64,000 nt of DNA from a virus (IMGVR_UViG_3300034161_000008:128001-192000); one strand, 5' to 3'. Shown: positions 25,537-35,849, counted from the first letter of the stretch. The notes: generated by a model from the sequence alone, not told the origin. Numbers and translations are program-made.

Positions 25537-25682
25537 GGCCCCAGTCCTTGTTAAAACATAGTGCAGGCCTAGTGGTGGCCTTCAAATGATTAGCCAACAA
25601 AAAATACTGGTGACATTAATACTCAATTGTATGCCTACATGTAGCTGGCATTTTCCAGTCCACAACTCTCGAGAGACTCACC

Positions 25683-26222
25683 ATGTCCGATCTTACCAAA
25701 GCCCCCAAGCTGATTGTCCTTGACCTGATCAACACCGACAACAGCCTGGCACTGACCGAAGCCCTCATCTCGTTCGGTTTGCCGACTGTTACCGCTGGCG
25801 AAAGCCCGGTGAAAAACACCACCCTGACCGTCTCCTCGGTTCCGGGTAGCGGCTACACCGGCGACGTCGTGGTTGAGTACAACCGTGTCGCGATGTCGAC
25901 CATCCCGGTCATTGCCAACAAAACTGCCGAGTTCCAACTGGGCGACGCGAAGAAGATCTCGGACATCGTCCCTGAGCTGAACGCGCTGTACAACATCAAC
26001 CTGGACGTGACGGACTACGTCGATGCTGACCTGCCGACTTTCACCGGCGAGCTGAACGAAGAACACGACGTTCAACTGGTTGCTGCTGCCGACTCCCTGA
26101 TCTACATCGGCTCCCTGACCTTCACCCTGAAAGCTGCTGACAAAGAGCTGGGCACCGTGATCACCATCACCGCGCTGAACGGTCTGGTGTACGAAGCTCC
26201 ACCTGTTGCTCCTGTGGTCTAA
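25683..26222 (+). CDS. Virion fibre/adaptor family paralog, short acidic type
   Basis: DLIN...FGLP...NTTL...GYTG...YNRV family motif; strong codon bias. Confidence 0.8.
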   Translation: MSDLTKAPKLIVLDLINTDNSLALTEALISFGLPTVTAGESPVKNTTLTVSSVPGSGYTGDVVVEYNRVAMSTIPVIANKTAEFQLGDAKKISDIVPELNALYNINLDVTDYVDADLPTFTGELNEEHDVQLVAAADSLIYIGSLTFTLKAADKELGTVITITALNGLVYEAPPVAPVV

Positions 26223-26245
26223 CCGCAAGCGGCTCGGCGACAATA

Positions 26246-26284
26246 GGCAGGGTGAGAAGGTTTCGACCTTCTTGCCCTGTCTTT
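26246..26284 (+). terminator. Intrinsic terminator with UUCG loop
   Basis: AGAAGGT-TTCG-ACCTTCT with extended GGCAGGG/GCCCTGTC stem, then TTT. Confidence 0.7.
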
Positions 26285-26330
26285 GTGCCTTATAAATGCT
26301 GGGAGTCATTTTTCGACCAGGAGAAACCCT

Positions 26331-27128
26331 ATGTCTCTTATTCCAGGGTCGTCGGAATCGGCACTGATTTCGCTGATCAACCAAGCCAACACCTTAGCTA
26401 CTCCGTTGGTTGAGGGCGATCTTTATTACGGTATTCCTCGCTCCCTCAACGACGGCCAGGGAACAGTTCGCTTGCCCACTGTTACGATGTTCGACAGTGA
26501 ATACGAAGGTTACGCAACGTTCGAATACAAGCGTCTCAACCTGAACAAGCTTTATTCCGGCCTCAAGCCTAAAATCGCATCGCTGGGTCAGCCTACGCTG
26601 CATCGTCTGCTGCCTTCACTGAACAAAGCTTTGGGGTTGAACTTGACCCCTCGTGATGTGAATGACACTCAGTTGAACTGGGTGGGTGGTAACGAGCAGG
26701 TAAACATCCAGATCACAGCAACTGCTGCGTCTCTGGGTTACGAAGGCGTGCTGGTGGTTCAATACACCCGAGTACGACCTACGCTGGCACTGGTGGTCAA
26801 AGACAAACAGCTGTTGCAACTTCGCCATCCTCAAGATAACCCAGTCAAACGTTCTGTCGACATGATGACCTGGGGTATGGACTTCACGGATGATCGTCCA
26901 AACATGCAAGTCCAGTACACCTACTGGTGGAAAGACCAAGCGGCTGTGAACGCAATTATGGCTGAGCGTGGGTTTGCCAACTGGCCTAACCCTATCCTTC
27001 GCCGCATCTTTACACTGGCTACCAAAGACGTACCGCTCGCCAACCAGGCTTTCAAGTACGTGATCATCCAAGAGGCTGTCGTGGGTCCTGACTACGCCGG
27101 GACTGCGTACATTCACTTTAACCAGTAA
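26331..27128 (+). CDS. Virion fibre/adaptor family paralog, full-length type
   Basis: AGGAG RBS before ATG 26331; LINQAN, YKRLNL, WGMDFT, AYIHFN. Confidence 0.8.
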   Translation: MSLIPGSSESALISLINQANTLATPLVEGDLYYGIPRSLNDGQGTVRLPTVTMFDSEYEGYATFEYKRLNLNKLYSGLKPKIASLGQPTLHRLLPSLNKALGLNLTPRDVNDTQLNWVGGNEQVNIQITATAASLGYEGVLVVQYTRVRPTLALVVKDKQLLQLRHPQDNPVKRSVDMMTWGMDFTDDRPNMQVQYTYWWKDQAAVNAIMAERGFANWPNPILRRIFTLATKDVPLANQAFKYVIIQEAVVGPDYAGTAYIHFNQ

Positions 27129-27139
27129 GAGGCTTCGAT

Positions 27140-27979
27140 ATGTCTTTGTACAAAGACCCGCTATCGGTCATCCTCGCAGCGATCACCGAACAGAACCCTG
27201 GTGTGGTGCTGGTTGCTGCGGAATACGTGTTCGGACAGCCTGTTGCTGTTGCTGAAGACGCGAAACTGACCAACACCACGTTGCTGATCACTGCCAAGGA
27301 CATCACCACTCCTTACGACGGCTTTGTCACCATTCGTTACCGCCGTCTGCCTTTGTCTGATCTGGTTCAGTTGGTTCCTCTGACCCTTCGTGCAAATGCT
27401 TTGGCTACGACTCTGGATGTAGCGTTGCTGCTCAACCAAGTCTATGGCATCAACTTCACTGCCGATGACATCGAGTCCACACCACTGGCTTTGGTCAATG
27501 GTGCTGGTACGGTGACGCTGACCGCTAAGGCCAACTCGTTGGGCTGGATCGGTACGGTAGACGCAACGATTGAGGCTGGTCGCTTCGATCTGAATGACTA
27601 CGTGACGGTGACTGCTCTTGCAGGTTTGCCTTATCCAGACAACGATCTCACCAAGCCGTTTGCTTGGGGTTATTCGTACTGGCGTGATTGCTCCTCGATC
27701 TACCAGACGCTGCAAGCGGCGTTCACGGGCGACACCAACACCCAAACAGATCTTGCTGCTGCACTGGCAACTCTGACGGGCGATACGTGGACTGCAACTG
27801 CGGCTGGTCGTTACTCGCTATTGGGTGCCTCGATCGATTATGCCGGTATCACTACTGGCCGTACCGATGTCAACACCGACTATAGTCACGTTGTGATTGT
27901 ACAGTTGCTGGCTGCTAACTCGCTGGGACTCTCCGGCAAGCTCACCCTGCATTACCACCTGCCTGAAGATGAGGTCTAA
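27140..27979 (+). CDS. Virion fibre/adaptor family paralog, full-length
   Basis: YRRLPL, ANSLGWIG, LTLHY. Confidence 0.8.
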   Translation: MSLYKDPLSVILAAITEQNPGVVLVAAEYVFGQPVAVAEDAKLTNTTLLITAKDITTPYDGFVTIRYRRLPLSDLVQLVPLTLRANALATTLDVALLLNQVYGINFTADDIESTPLALVNGAGTVTLTAKANSLGWIGTVDATIEAGRFDLNDYVTVTALAGLPYPDNDLTKPFAWGYSYWRDCSSIYQTLQAAFTGDTNTQTDLAAALATLTGDTWTATAAGRYSLLGASIDYAGITTGRTDVNTDYSHVVIVQLLAANSLGLSGKLTLHYHLPEDEV

Positions 27980-27996
27980 GCCTCAAGGAGTGCAAC

Positions 27997-28773
27997 ATGG
28001 CTAGCGCCAACTCTAAGCTTCTTGACCTTGTCAACGCTGAGAACTTGCCTGCTAAACTGCTGACTGATATCAACGTCACCTTTTCAGCACCTGCTCCAAC
28101 CACAGAGGGTGGTGACACTGTCGTCACTATCACAGGGGTTCCAGGACGCGGCTACAGAGGTTCTGTTGACGTCACCTACCAACGAGTGCCCTTGACGCTC
28201 GTCGCTCCTACAGCGAGCTTGCGCAGCACCAATCAGTTTACCCAGGCAACTGTGGTAAGCATGCTTAACGCCATGTTTGGATTGTTCCTGACAGTGGACG
28301 ACTTCGAAGACTTCACACCTCCGACGTTGGAGCTGGAAGAAAGCGAGACACTCACTTTGGTGGCTAAGGCTGAGTCGAAGAACTTCACAGGTTCGATCGA
28401 AGCTACGTTCTTCTTTGGACGGACGTTGCTGGACTCAGCGATTGGTGCTCGTATCCTGGGGGTACTTAAACACCCGATTCTCCCGACTGCGCGTTCAGCT
28501 CGAATGCAAACGTGGAACATTGACTTCACGTGCATCCGTGACGCTATCCTGCCCGTCAAAGGCAAGTACGGTGATTTCGAGATTGTTCAAGCGTGCTGTG
28601 CTTACTACGACATTCCTGCATGGGTAGAGGGTGGCATTACCGATCAGGCAACATCTGCGGTAGCGGACAGCAATCAGGCGTTTGATCGCGTGGTCATCCA
28701 ACGAAACGTTAACGGTGGTGGTGCAATCGTGGGCGACATCTACCTGCACTACAACAATCTCGACGAGGTTTAA
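27997..28773 (+). CDS. Virion fibre/adaptor family paralog, full-length
   Basis: GYRG...YQRVPL, WNIDFT, IYLHYN. Confidence 0.8.
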   Translation: MASANSKLLDLVNAENLPAKLLTDINVTFSAPAPTTEGGDTVVTITGVPGRGYRGSVDVTYQRVPLTLVAPTASLRSTNQFTQATVVSMLNAMFGLFLTVDDFEDFTPPTLELEESETLTLVAKAESKNFTGSIEATFFFGRTLLDSAIGARILGVLKHPILPTARSARMQTWNIDFTCIRDAILPVKGKYGDFEIVQACCAYYDIPAWVEGGITDQATSAVADSNQAFDRVVIQRNVNGGGAIVGDIYLHYNNLDEV

Positions 28774-28775
28774 CC

Positions 28776-29693
28776 ATGCCTATTTTCAACAAGCCCTCGG
28801 CTGATTTGGTATACGACCTCATCAACCAGGCTAACCCACAGTTGGTGAAACCGGCAACGACCGTCAACACCAAGCTAGGGGTTCCTGCTGTTATTGCTAC
28901 ACCGGGCTTGAACAAGCTCAACACCAGCATCGTTCTGGCTGCCGTACCGGGTGGAGATTACATCGGTCGCAAGACTGTAAACTATCGCCGCATCGATCTG
29001 GCTGCGCTGACCCGTGGTGTGACGATTGCAATCGATCGTTATTCCGCTACTCAAGCCTCTGCGGGGACGGTGGTGTTTACCATCTACCAGCTGCTGCCAT
29101 TCATCAACCAGCGCTACGGTCTGAACCTGACCACCGACGACATCAACGACGGTAACATCCTGCGTGGGTCGACTCTGGTTAATGGTCAGTACACCACCAC
29201 CGTGACCGTAACCGCGAAGCCTGGTAGTCTGGGCTATATCGGTTCGTTCGCTCTGAAGTGGACGGGCGCTGCTCAGGACATCGGGTTGATGCTGGCTGTC
29301 TCTGAACTCCCGGCTCGCCAGTTCCCAGGCGGCAACGACTTCAGCAACGGTCACACGGTGCTGAACGCCCTGACCTACGGCTACGACTGGACTACGATCT
29401 TCACGGCGAACCCGTGGTATCAGTACCCAGCCGGAAACCCGAACGCAAACATTGCGGTCAACACTACCATGGGTGCGGTGTTCCAGTACATCAACTCCAC
29501 GTACGGTACGAACTTTGCACCGTCCTTCCGTTTCGACAACGAATACAACTTCGAAGTCCTGACGCTGCCGTCGGCTAAGTACCCAGAGCTCAACTCTGAT
29601 TACTACAACCGTTGCCTGGTGTTCACACCAACCTCGGACACGGCCAAAGCGCAACTGGGTGCTGGCGTCATGCAGATGCACTACAACGTCTAA
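28776..29693 (+). CDS. Virion fibre/adaptor family paralog, full-length
   Basis: DLINQAN, YRRIDL, GSLGYIG, YGYDWT, MHYNV. Confidence 0.8.
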   Translation: MPIFNKPSADLVYDLINQANPQLVKPATTVNTKLGVPAVIATPGLNKLNTSIVLAAVPGGDYIGRKTVNYRRIDLAALTRGVTIAIDRYSATQASAGTVVFTIYQLLPFINQRYGLNLTTDDINDGNILRGSTLVNGQYTTTVTVTAKPGSLGYIGSFALKWTGAAQDIGLMLAVSELPARQFPGGNDFSNGHTVLNALTYGYDWTTIFTANPWYQYPAGNPNANIAVNTTMGAVFQYINSTYGTNFAPSFRFDNEYNFEVLTLPSAKYPELNSDYYNRCLVFTPTSDTAKAQLGAGVMQMHYNV

Positions 29694-29703
29694 GGAGTGA
29701 GTC

Positions 29704-30582
29704 ATGTCTTATCAAGCGATTTCCCTTCCTGACTTGCTCGTCGAACTGAACAAAGCAAACGGCACTACGTTCACCACGAACGACGTTGCCTTTGCTAACC
29801 CTCAGGTTGTTGCAGGTACGTGGAAGGCTAAAACCACACTCAAGAACACGGGTGTGGTCGTGACTGCCAAAGCTGGTAGCGCGTATCAAGGTCGTGCAAA
29901 CATTCTGTACGATCGTCTGCCGTTGTCGGCACTGGACCCGGCGAAGTTGAAGGGTTTCCAATTGGCTGCGTACCAACCAGCAAAGATCTACGACTTGTTG
30001 CCGTGGCTCAAATACTGGAACGGTTTGCAGCTGACCAGCGACGACATCAATGATGGCGATCTGGTAGACAACGGTGACGGCACTAAAACTGCTGTGATCT
30101 CTGCCAAGCCTGGATCGTACGGTTGGGTTGGGTCTGTATCGATTCTGGTCAAGCCAGGCGGTGCTTCACTCAACAACGTGTTGACGGCTCCTGATCTGAT
30201 GGGTCTGAACTACCCAACAGCTTCGGATACTGACACGTACTCGCAGATCTACATGTACGGCTACGATTTCACCACGTACTTCAACGACATCGTTGGGTTG
30301 AACGTTGGTGCAATCCCTGCTGCTTCCATCACTAAGTTGGTGGCTGCGTTTACGGCAGTGGACGTTTCCAGCGGTAAAGCACTGTGGAACGAACAAGCCA
30401 GTTCGACTGCGTGGTCGTTGGCCGGAGCTACTGTGGTTTCCAACGGGCTGAACAACCCTGTGACGATGCCGACCAACCCGGCGTACAAATACGTTCTGGC
30501 AATCAATTTGCGCAGCGATGTGTTGACGCCTGCTGGTACGCTGTACCTGCACTACAACGATCCGTTCGATCCGAACGCCTAA
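29704..30582 (+). CDS. Virion fibre/adaptor family paralog, full-length
   Basis: YDRLPL, GSYGWVG, YGYDFT, LYLHYND. Confidence 0.8.
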   Translation: MSYQAISLPDLLVELNKANGTTFTTNDVAFANPQVVAGTWKAKTTLKNTGVVVTAKAGSAYQGRANILYDRLPLSALDPAKLKGFQLAAYQPAKIYDLLPWLKYWNGLQLTSDDINDGDLVDNGDGTKTAVISAKPGSYGWVGSVSILVKPGGASLNNVLTAPDLMGLNYPTASDTDTYSQIYMYGYDFTTYFNDIVGLNVGAIPAASITKLVAAFTAVDVSSGKALWNEQASSTAWSLAGATVVSNGLNNPVTMPTNPAYKYVLAINLRSDVLTPAGTLYLHYNDPFDPNA

Positions 30583-30590
30583 CTGGGCTG

Positions 30591-30613
30591 GGTGGGTTCG
30601 CCCACCCTTTTTT
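30591..30613 (+). terminator. Intrinsic terminator
   Basis: GGTGGG-TTCG-CCCACC followed by T7. Confidence 0.85.
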
Positions 30614-30633
30614 ACTGATTTAGGAGACTACCC

Positions 30634-31659
30634 ATGTTACGTTGCGTCTGGGGCTTCGACCACGTTTTGAAGAACGTGCAGGAATCATGGTTGGCTAACA
30701 GCGGCTACTCGTTGTTTCGCAAGAACGCCGTCGCCAACAAAGGACTCATCATCAACGACGATGGAGCCATCACTACACTACCGGGTGTTTCTACCGGGAA
30801 CAACACGCAGCTTTATATCGACTGCACACCCGTAGCCGTCGCTGGTGTTACAAGTCTTGTATTCGGCCTTCGTCTCAAGACTCTTGCGCTTGGTAACAGC
30901 GGCGCAATGCTCTACTTTACTGGTGACAGTGCCGGGTCGTCATACGTCCAGCTATTGACGTTTGCTCAGCTGACCAAAGCAAACGTGGGTGATGAAGTTT
31001 ACATCGAGGTTGTTGCGGATTTGGTTGCAGCTACGTTCACTGTCTTTATGGATGGGGTTCTGATTGTATCTCCTACCGCGATCGGTGCAACGCTCAATGG
31101 TCAGCTGAAAGCGGGCTTGGTGTGGGTGGCGGTCAACCTCACTGGCTCCGGTCAGTCTGGTTTGATTTCTCTGCGCGACATGTACTTCTTGGATAACGTG
31201 GGTGGCGACGGCTTTGTTGGTCGTCAGGGTCCGCGCCGTGTTCAGAAAGTTGACTTCGATTTGGCCACCGGTACGGGCTGGACTACTACCGACGGCTCCG
31301 ATCTGCTGACCACTCTCAAAGTGGCTCCAGATACTGCTAACCCAGCATTTGGTGTGGCTCCTTCCACTAAAGCACCGCTGGCCCTGTCGATGAAGTCTAC
31401 CTTCTCTGATTCGTTCATCGTAGACGCCGTCTATGTACAGCTGGCGGGTAAAGTGGACGCAGCAGGGGGCATCACAAAGACTCAGGTTAAGGATGGCGCT
31501 AACAGCACCACAGCGTCCAGCTTGAAATCTGACTTCACCACCACCCTCAAATACGGCGTACCGGCTGGTGTCTTTGCGCGTCACCCATCGGGTGTTCGCT
31601 GGAACAGCGCCAACCTCGATACTGCTTCCTTTGTGGTATTGCCTGACCAGGTGAGCTAA
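30634..31659 (+). CDS. Lectin/ConA-like two-domain beta-sandwich protein, copy 1 (GFDH family)
   Basis: WGFDH start, YIEV...FMDG, RDMYFLD...GFVGRQGP linker. Confidence 0.65.
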   Translation: MLRCVWGFDHVLKNVQESWLANSGYSLFRKNAVANKGLIINDDGAITTLPGVSTGNNTQLYIDCTPVAVAGVTSLVFGLRLKTLALGNSGAMLYFTGDSAGSSYVQLLTFAQLTKANVGDEVYIEVVADLVAATFTVFMDGVLIVSPTAIGATLNGQLKAGLVWVAVNLTGSGQSGLISLRDMYFLDNVGGDGFVGRQGPRRVQKVDFDLATGTGWTTTDGSDLLTTLKVAPDTANPAFGVAPSTKAPLALSMKSTFSDSFIVDAVYVQLAGKVDAAGGITKTQVKDGANSTTASSLKSDFTTTLKYGVPAGVFARHPSGVRWNSANLDTASFVVLPDQVS

Positions 31660-31661
31660 CC

Positions 31662-32684
31662 ATGACCACTTCGCTAAGAAATGCTGTGGCTTACGCATTG
31701 ACGATTCCGCCTCATTCCACTTCTGTGCGAAGTGCTGTGGCGTATGCGTTGACTCGTGACCCAGGTGTCGCACCAGCACCGTCGTATGTTTCGTCGGATC
31801 TGCGTAAGGCGCAAGATCGTTTGCTCTACGATTTGATCGAGGACAGCAACCCTGGCTTTCAGGCAGCATTCCCTCTGAATAAAATCCAGTTTGGTGCGCC
31901 TGCTGTCAAGACCATTGATCCGGCAGATCCTTACAAGCGAGACACTACTTGTATTGTTTCTCCAAAACAGGGCAGTGGCTTAGTTGGCAGTAAGACGATC
32001 TCGTATCGTCGGATTGACGTTGGGTCGTTGTTTCGCAACATGGTTGTGCAGATCCAAACCTACTACGCAAGCACTACATTGCCCAAAACTATTTGGCAGG
32101 CAGAAGTTAACAGTCGCTTTGGGATTGTGACGTTGCCTGCTGACTGGAACAACATCTCCAGTGGTATTGCCGCCAATACAGTTTACACAGGGACCACTCT
32201 GAGTGGCCTTTGTTACAAAGGCACCCTGACGTTGCAGTGGGTTCCTGGCAAACGCCCCGCCAGTGATTTGATTCCAGATGCCAAGGTGGCTTTGGTTGGG
32301 CGGACATACCCTGCGGGTAATGACTTCACTACACCGGGCCGCAAGCCCGTTGGTGAGTGGCAGGTCTACGGTGTTGATTTCTCGCCACAGGGCGCAGCAA
32401 ACCTTGAGCCTAACTCAGCAGTTACTGCATTCGCAGCTGGTTTTACTTCGGCAGGCATGACGTCACTGTTGAACTTCCTCAATGCAAACACTGGTCGAAC
32501 CAACTGGTCGAACAAAGATTCTACCATTGATGGCGGGATCTGCGGGCTGACGTGGTACAAATACACCATTCCATCTGCCTCTGTGCCTGAAGCAAACTCT
32601 GCACGCTTTAACCGCGTGATGGTAATTCAGGGGGTGGCCGGTAGCTGGTTCTCCGGCAAAATCCTTCTCCACTACAACGTGTAG
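31662..32684 (+). CDS. Adaptor paralog with N-terminal tandem repeat, full-length
   Basis: SLRNAVAYALT / SVRSAVAYALT repeat; YRRIDV; YGVDFS; ILLHYNV. Confidence 0.75.
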   Translation: MTTSLRNAVAYALTIPPHSTSVRSAVAYALTRDPGVAPAPSYVSSDLRKAQDRLLYDLIEDSNPGFQAAFPLNKIQFGAPAVKTIDPADPYKRDTTCIVSPKQGSGLVGSKTISYRRIDVGSLFRNMVVQIQTYYASTTLPKTIWQAEVNSRFGIVTLPADWNNISSGIAANTVYTGTTLSGLCYKGTLTLQWVPGKRPASDLIPDAKVALVGRTYPAGNDFTTPGRKPVGEWQVYGVDFSPQGAANLEPNSAVTAFAAGFTSAGMTSLLNFLNANTGRTNWSNKDSTIDGGICGLTWYKYTIPSASVPEANSARFNRVMVIQGVAGSWFSGKILLHYNV

Positions 32685-32692
32685 GAAACGCC

Positions 32693-33193
32693 ATGTCTAT
32701 TTACGTAAGCAGCCAGGCTGATCTGGCAGCGATGGTCAGCGTGGCGGCGGGAGTAGTGGTTGCGGTGTCGGACCTTGTGTTCGGGACTCCACACCCAACC
32801 ACGACTGCTGAGAAAGCACAGTACGGTCGCAACACCAAGATCGCTGTGAACTTTGCCCCTGCCTCTACGGTGGGTACAGGATCGCGCACGCTTTATTACG
32901 ATCGTCTGGATCTTGCTCCGTTGCAATTGGCTGTTCTGTTTGGGGCTAAGGCCTCGGGTGGTGCGAACCTTGCTGCGATGATTCCGGTGATCAAGAACTA
33001 TACGGGTGCTGTTGTTAGTGCAAGCGACTTGGTTGAAACATCCAGCACAGTGAACCCAGACACTGGGGGAGTTGAGTTTGTGATGACAGCTCAGACAAAC
33101 AGCTTGGGCTGGCTTGGTACAGGCACGCTTAAGTTTGATCCGCCTGCGCCTATCGCCACTGCGTTTACTGACGATAAACTCCCAGGTTTCTAA
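32693..33193 (+). CDS. Virion fibre/adaptor family paralog, short type
   Basis: FGTP, YDRLDL, NSLGWLG, ends KLPGF. Confidence 0.8.
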   Translation: MSIYVSSQADLAAMVSVAAGVVVAVSDLVFGTPHPTTTAEKAQYGRNTKIAVNFAPASTVGTGSRTLYYDRLDLAPLQLAVLFGAKASGGANLAAMIPVIKNYTGAVVSASDLVETSSTVNPDTGGVEFVMTAQTNSLGWLGTGTLKFDPPAPIATAFTDDKLPGF

Positions 33194-33215
33194 CCTTTTT
33201 CAAAGAGATTAAAAA

Positions 33216-33563
33216 ATGGACATCGATTGGCGCAATTTCATGCTTAGATGTGACTTCACCGAATACGCCGATCAGTTGTCGGTTATTCCTGTAGGTCCTC
33301 TGGACGAAGGCAGTCAGCGCACTGTTGCTGCTGCCTTGGACGCAACCGGTCCTTACGATGCTCGCGGTAAGTGGTCGTTCGGCCAGATGACTTCTGAGTG
33401 GTCTCTGTACGGCGCTGAGGTGACGTACGTCGGTGATAACCATCGCGACTACCCAACCATCAGCATCTTTAAGCACTGTCTTGCCTTGAGCTTCCCAGAG
33501 TGGTCTACCGCTCCTGTGGGTGTGTTGTACATGTGCTGGAACGACCCGGTGGTCGAGGAGTAA
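33216..33563 (+). CDS. Stand-alone C-terminal domain of the fibre/adaptor family
   Basis: CDFTEY...WSLYGAEVTYVG...GVLYMCWND aligns with the C-terminus of 29704-30582 and 27140-27979. Confidence 0.7.
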   Translation: MDIDWRNFMLRCDFTEYADQLSVIPVGPLDEGSQRTVAAALDATGPYDARGKWSFGQMTSEWSLYGAEVTYVGDNHRDYPTISIFKHCLALSFPEWSTAPVGVLYMCWNDPVVEE

Positions 33564-33566
33564 GTC

Positions 33567-34625
33567 ATGCTTCGTAAAACCTATGCCTTTGATCACTGCA
33601 TCAAAGTAGATGCTCTGGCCGCCTCTGTAATCGCCGCTTACAACTGGGTTAGCAGTAGTGGCTTTAACATCACGCAAAGCGCCAATGCCAGTAATGGTTC
33701 TAACTCCGTGATCTCTTTGGACGGCTGGTTGGCTTTTGGGCTGACCAGCTCCTGGTACGGCAGTGCGACACTGGTCACTACCCTGCTCCCTGGTGCTCCG
33801 GCTTCCGCAGCCACCAAGGTTTTCTTTGGTGTTCGCATCCGCGCATTCAGTACGTATGCAACGAACGATGAAGTGGTTTGGTTCGGGCCGTCGTCAGGAG
33901 CTCAAGCCATCCTCACCTTTGCCGATTTGGCTCCTTTGCGCGGTAGTACACCTGCCGGTACAGGTATCGATCTTTACTTGGAGTTCGCTATCGATGCGGC
34001 CACCGGCAACGTCGATATCTACAACAACGGCACGTTCTACAAAACCAAAGCTGCTCTGCTTACGGCTGGTAACAAAGCCCTGATTGCTAGCGGCTACTAC
34101 ACCTTTTCGCTGCGTCAGACTATCTGGGCAGGTCCAGTTACTACCAACTGGTTCCGTGACATCTACGTGATTGATGACGTTCCTGGTGATGGTTTCGTAG
34201 GTCGTCAGGGTCCTCAGCGCATGTTTCCAGTTTACTTGGATAGCGCAGTGGGTCCGTGGGTTGGTGATGATGGGGCTACCGACATCAAGGCCACGCTTAA
34301 TGCTCCGTACCCGGCTTCTGCACAAGTGGTCTCTCCAACGGATAAAACGCCGTTGGTGCTGAGTTTGGCTGCCGCAATCCCTGACGGTTACAAAGTCAAT
34401 GCGCTGACGCTGACGCTGGATGGCAAATCGCTGGGTGACGTGCCAACCCTCAGCAAAGTCGAAATCAAGCAAGGTGGTGTGACTGTGCCTGCTGTGAACT
34501 TGACCACGCCCCGGACATTGACGTATTCGCAACCTCTTGGGGTGTTTCCGCTAGCCCCCGATGGTGGTGTGTGGGATATCAACAAAATTGATGCCACCAC
34601 AGTTACCATCACTCCCGATCAATAA
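33567..34625 (+). CDS. Lectin/ConA-like protein, copy 2
   Basis: YAFDH, YLEF...YNNG, RDIYVID...GFVGRQGP, ends TITPDQ. Confidence 0.65.
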   Translation: MLRKTYAFDHCIKVDALAASVIAAYNWVSSSGFNITQSANASNGSNSVISLDGWLAFGLTSSWYGSATLVTTLLPGAPASAATKVFFGVRIRAFSTYATNDEVVWFGPSSGAQAILTFADLAPLRGSTPAGTGIDLYLEFAIDAATGNVDIYNNGTFYKTKAALLTAGNKALIASGYYTFSLRQTIWAGPVTTNWFRDIYVIDDVPGDGFVGRQGPQRMFPVYLDSAVGPWVGDDGATDIKATLNAPYPASAQVVSPTDKTPLVLSLAAAIPDGYKVNALTLTLDGKSLGDVPTLSKVEIKQGGVTVPAVNLTTPRTLTYSQPLGVFPLAPDGGVWDINKIDATTVTITPDQ

Positions 34626-34636
34626 GGGGTTAACCA

Positions 34637-35833
34637 ATGGCTATTAAGGCGCTTTATGGCTTTGACCATTACGCACAGAACGACCCCACTTGGGTTACCA
34701 AAGCCCCAGCGGGACTTACGCGATATGAGGTTGCAAGCACTGGGTACATCGATACTGTAGTTAGTGGCTGGGTGCGTACTCTGGCCGCTGGCAGCGTCAG
34801 CACATTCGACCGCATTCAGTTTGCCTTGGCTAGCTTTTTCACTGCACCTGCGGATACCATCAGCTTCGGTATGCGGATTCGTTGTGACGTTCCTGCTGGT
34901 ACGACTCGTGTGATTTACACGAACTGGGGCAGTAACGTCGACTTCACGACAGCCGATATTCCAGGCGGGGCAGTCGCTGGTAAAGTTTCATACGTCGAGT
35001 TCATCTACAAGTTCAGCACAAACACGTACACATGGAAGTGTGACGGGGTGGTTATCCGTAGTGCTGTTGCTCCTACGGGAGCAACTCGAGCGGTAGTCCT
35101 TGGTGTTCGAACAATCGCCGCCACTGCGGAGCGTTGGGCGTTTAAAGACGTCGTCGTTAGTGATGACCAAGATAGTCCAGTTGGTCCGATGGGTCCAGGC
35201 GTATTGGTTTTGCAAGATGCTGCGACGGGTACTTATACGTTTCAGAAATCGCCTAGCCAGCTGAGCTTGCGTCGACTGGGTGGCTACGCAATGGCCAAGC
35301 AACCTGCGCAGTTAAGCGCCCGGCAGATTCGTGGTTATGCAATGTGCACACCATTCACTCCGCTTCCGGCTGGGTTGACTGGACAGCAAGCTGTTCTTGC
35401 GATGATCGTAGCAAAGTCTAAAACCATCCGACCGACTACGGATTTCACCATCGACGCCTCCACCGTGTTGACTGGCGATCCATTGTTTAACAGTCGTGTC
35501 AAAGCAACCGCTACGTCGGCATCGGGACTGTTTGGGAGTTACACGTTCCGTTACAACCGTGTGGCGTTGTCGCGCATGGGGTTGACCTCGTCGTCGTTTG
35601 ATCTGGGTACAGCTACAACGATCTATGGCTTGCTGCCTGCGATCAGTGCTGCGGCTGGGATTACTTTGACCACAGACGATGTCGAAGATGGCGTCATCGG
35701 TGCTGGTGACCTCACGGTTACGCTGAAAGCAAAAGCATCCAGCTGGTGGTTCATCCCCGGCAACACACTGGTGATCGGTAAAACGCTCCCGTCTATCAAT
35801 GTTCCTATCTCGTCCGATACCATCGACTGGTAG
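34637..35833 (+). CDS. Fusion of a lectin-like N-domain (copy 3) to a repeat-bearing adaptor
   Basis: YGFDH...KDVVVSDD...GPMGP, then LSLRRLGGYAM / LSARQIRGYAM repeat and YNRVAL adaptor domain. Confidence 0.7.
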   Translation: MAIKALYGFDHYAQNDPTWVTKAPAGLTRYEVASTGYIDTVVSGWVRTLAAGSVSTFDRIQFALASFFTAPADTISFGMRIRCDVPAGTTRVIYTNWGSNVDFTTADIPGGAVAGKVSYVEFIYKFSTNTYTWKCDGVVIRSAVAPTGATRAVVLGVRTIAATAERWAFKDVVVSDDQDSPVGPMGPGVLVLQDAATGTYTFQKSPSQLSLRRLGGYAMAKQPAQLSARQIRGYAMCTPFTPLPAGLTGQQAVLAMIVAKSKTIRPTTDFTIDASTVLTGDPLFNSRVKATATSASGLFGSYTFRYNRVALSRMGLTSSSFDLGTATTIYGLLPAISAAAGITLTTDDVEDGVIGAGDLTVTLKAKASSWWFIPGNTLVIGKTLPSINVPISSDTIDW

Positions 35834-35849
35834 GGCGTGGAGTTAAAGA

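Noticed and set aside
33181-33218. Programmed frameshift joining 32693 and 33216
   Set aside because: The T5 and A6 runs lie after the TAA stop, and LxGF is the normal ending of short paralogs
31219-34213. Shared 14-mer GGTCGTCAGGGTCC as a site-specific recombination site
   Set aside because: It encodes the conserved GRQGP peptide in two paralogs only; no recombinase nearby
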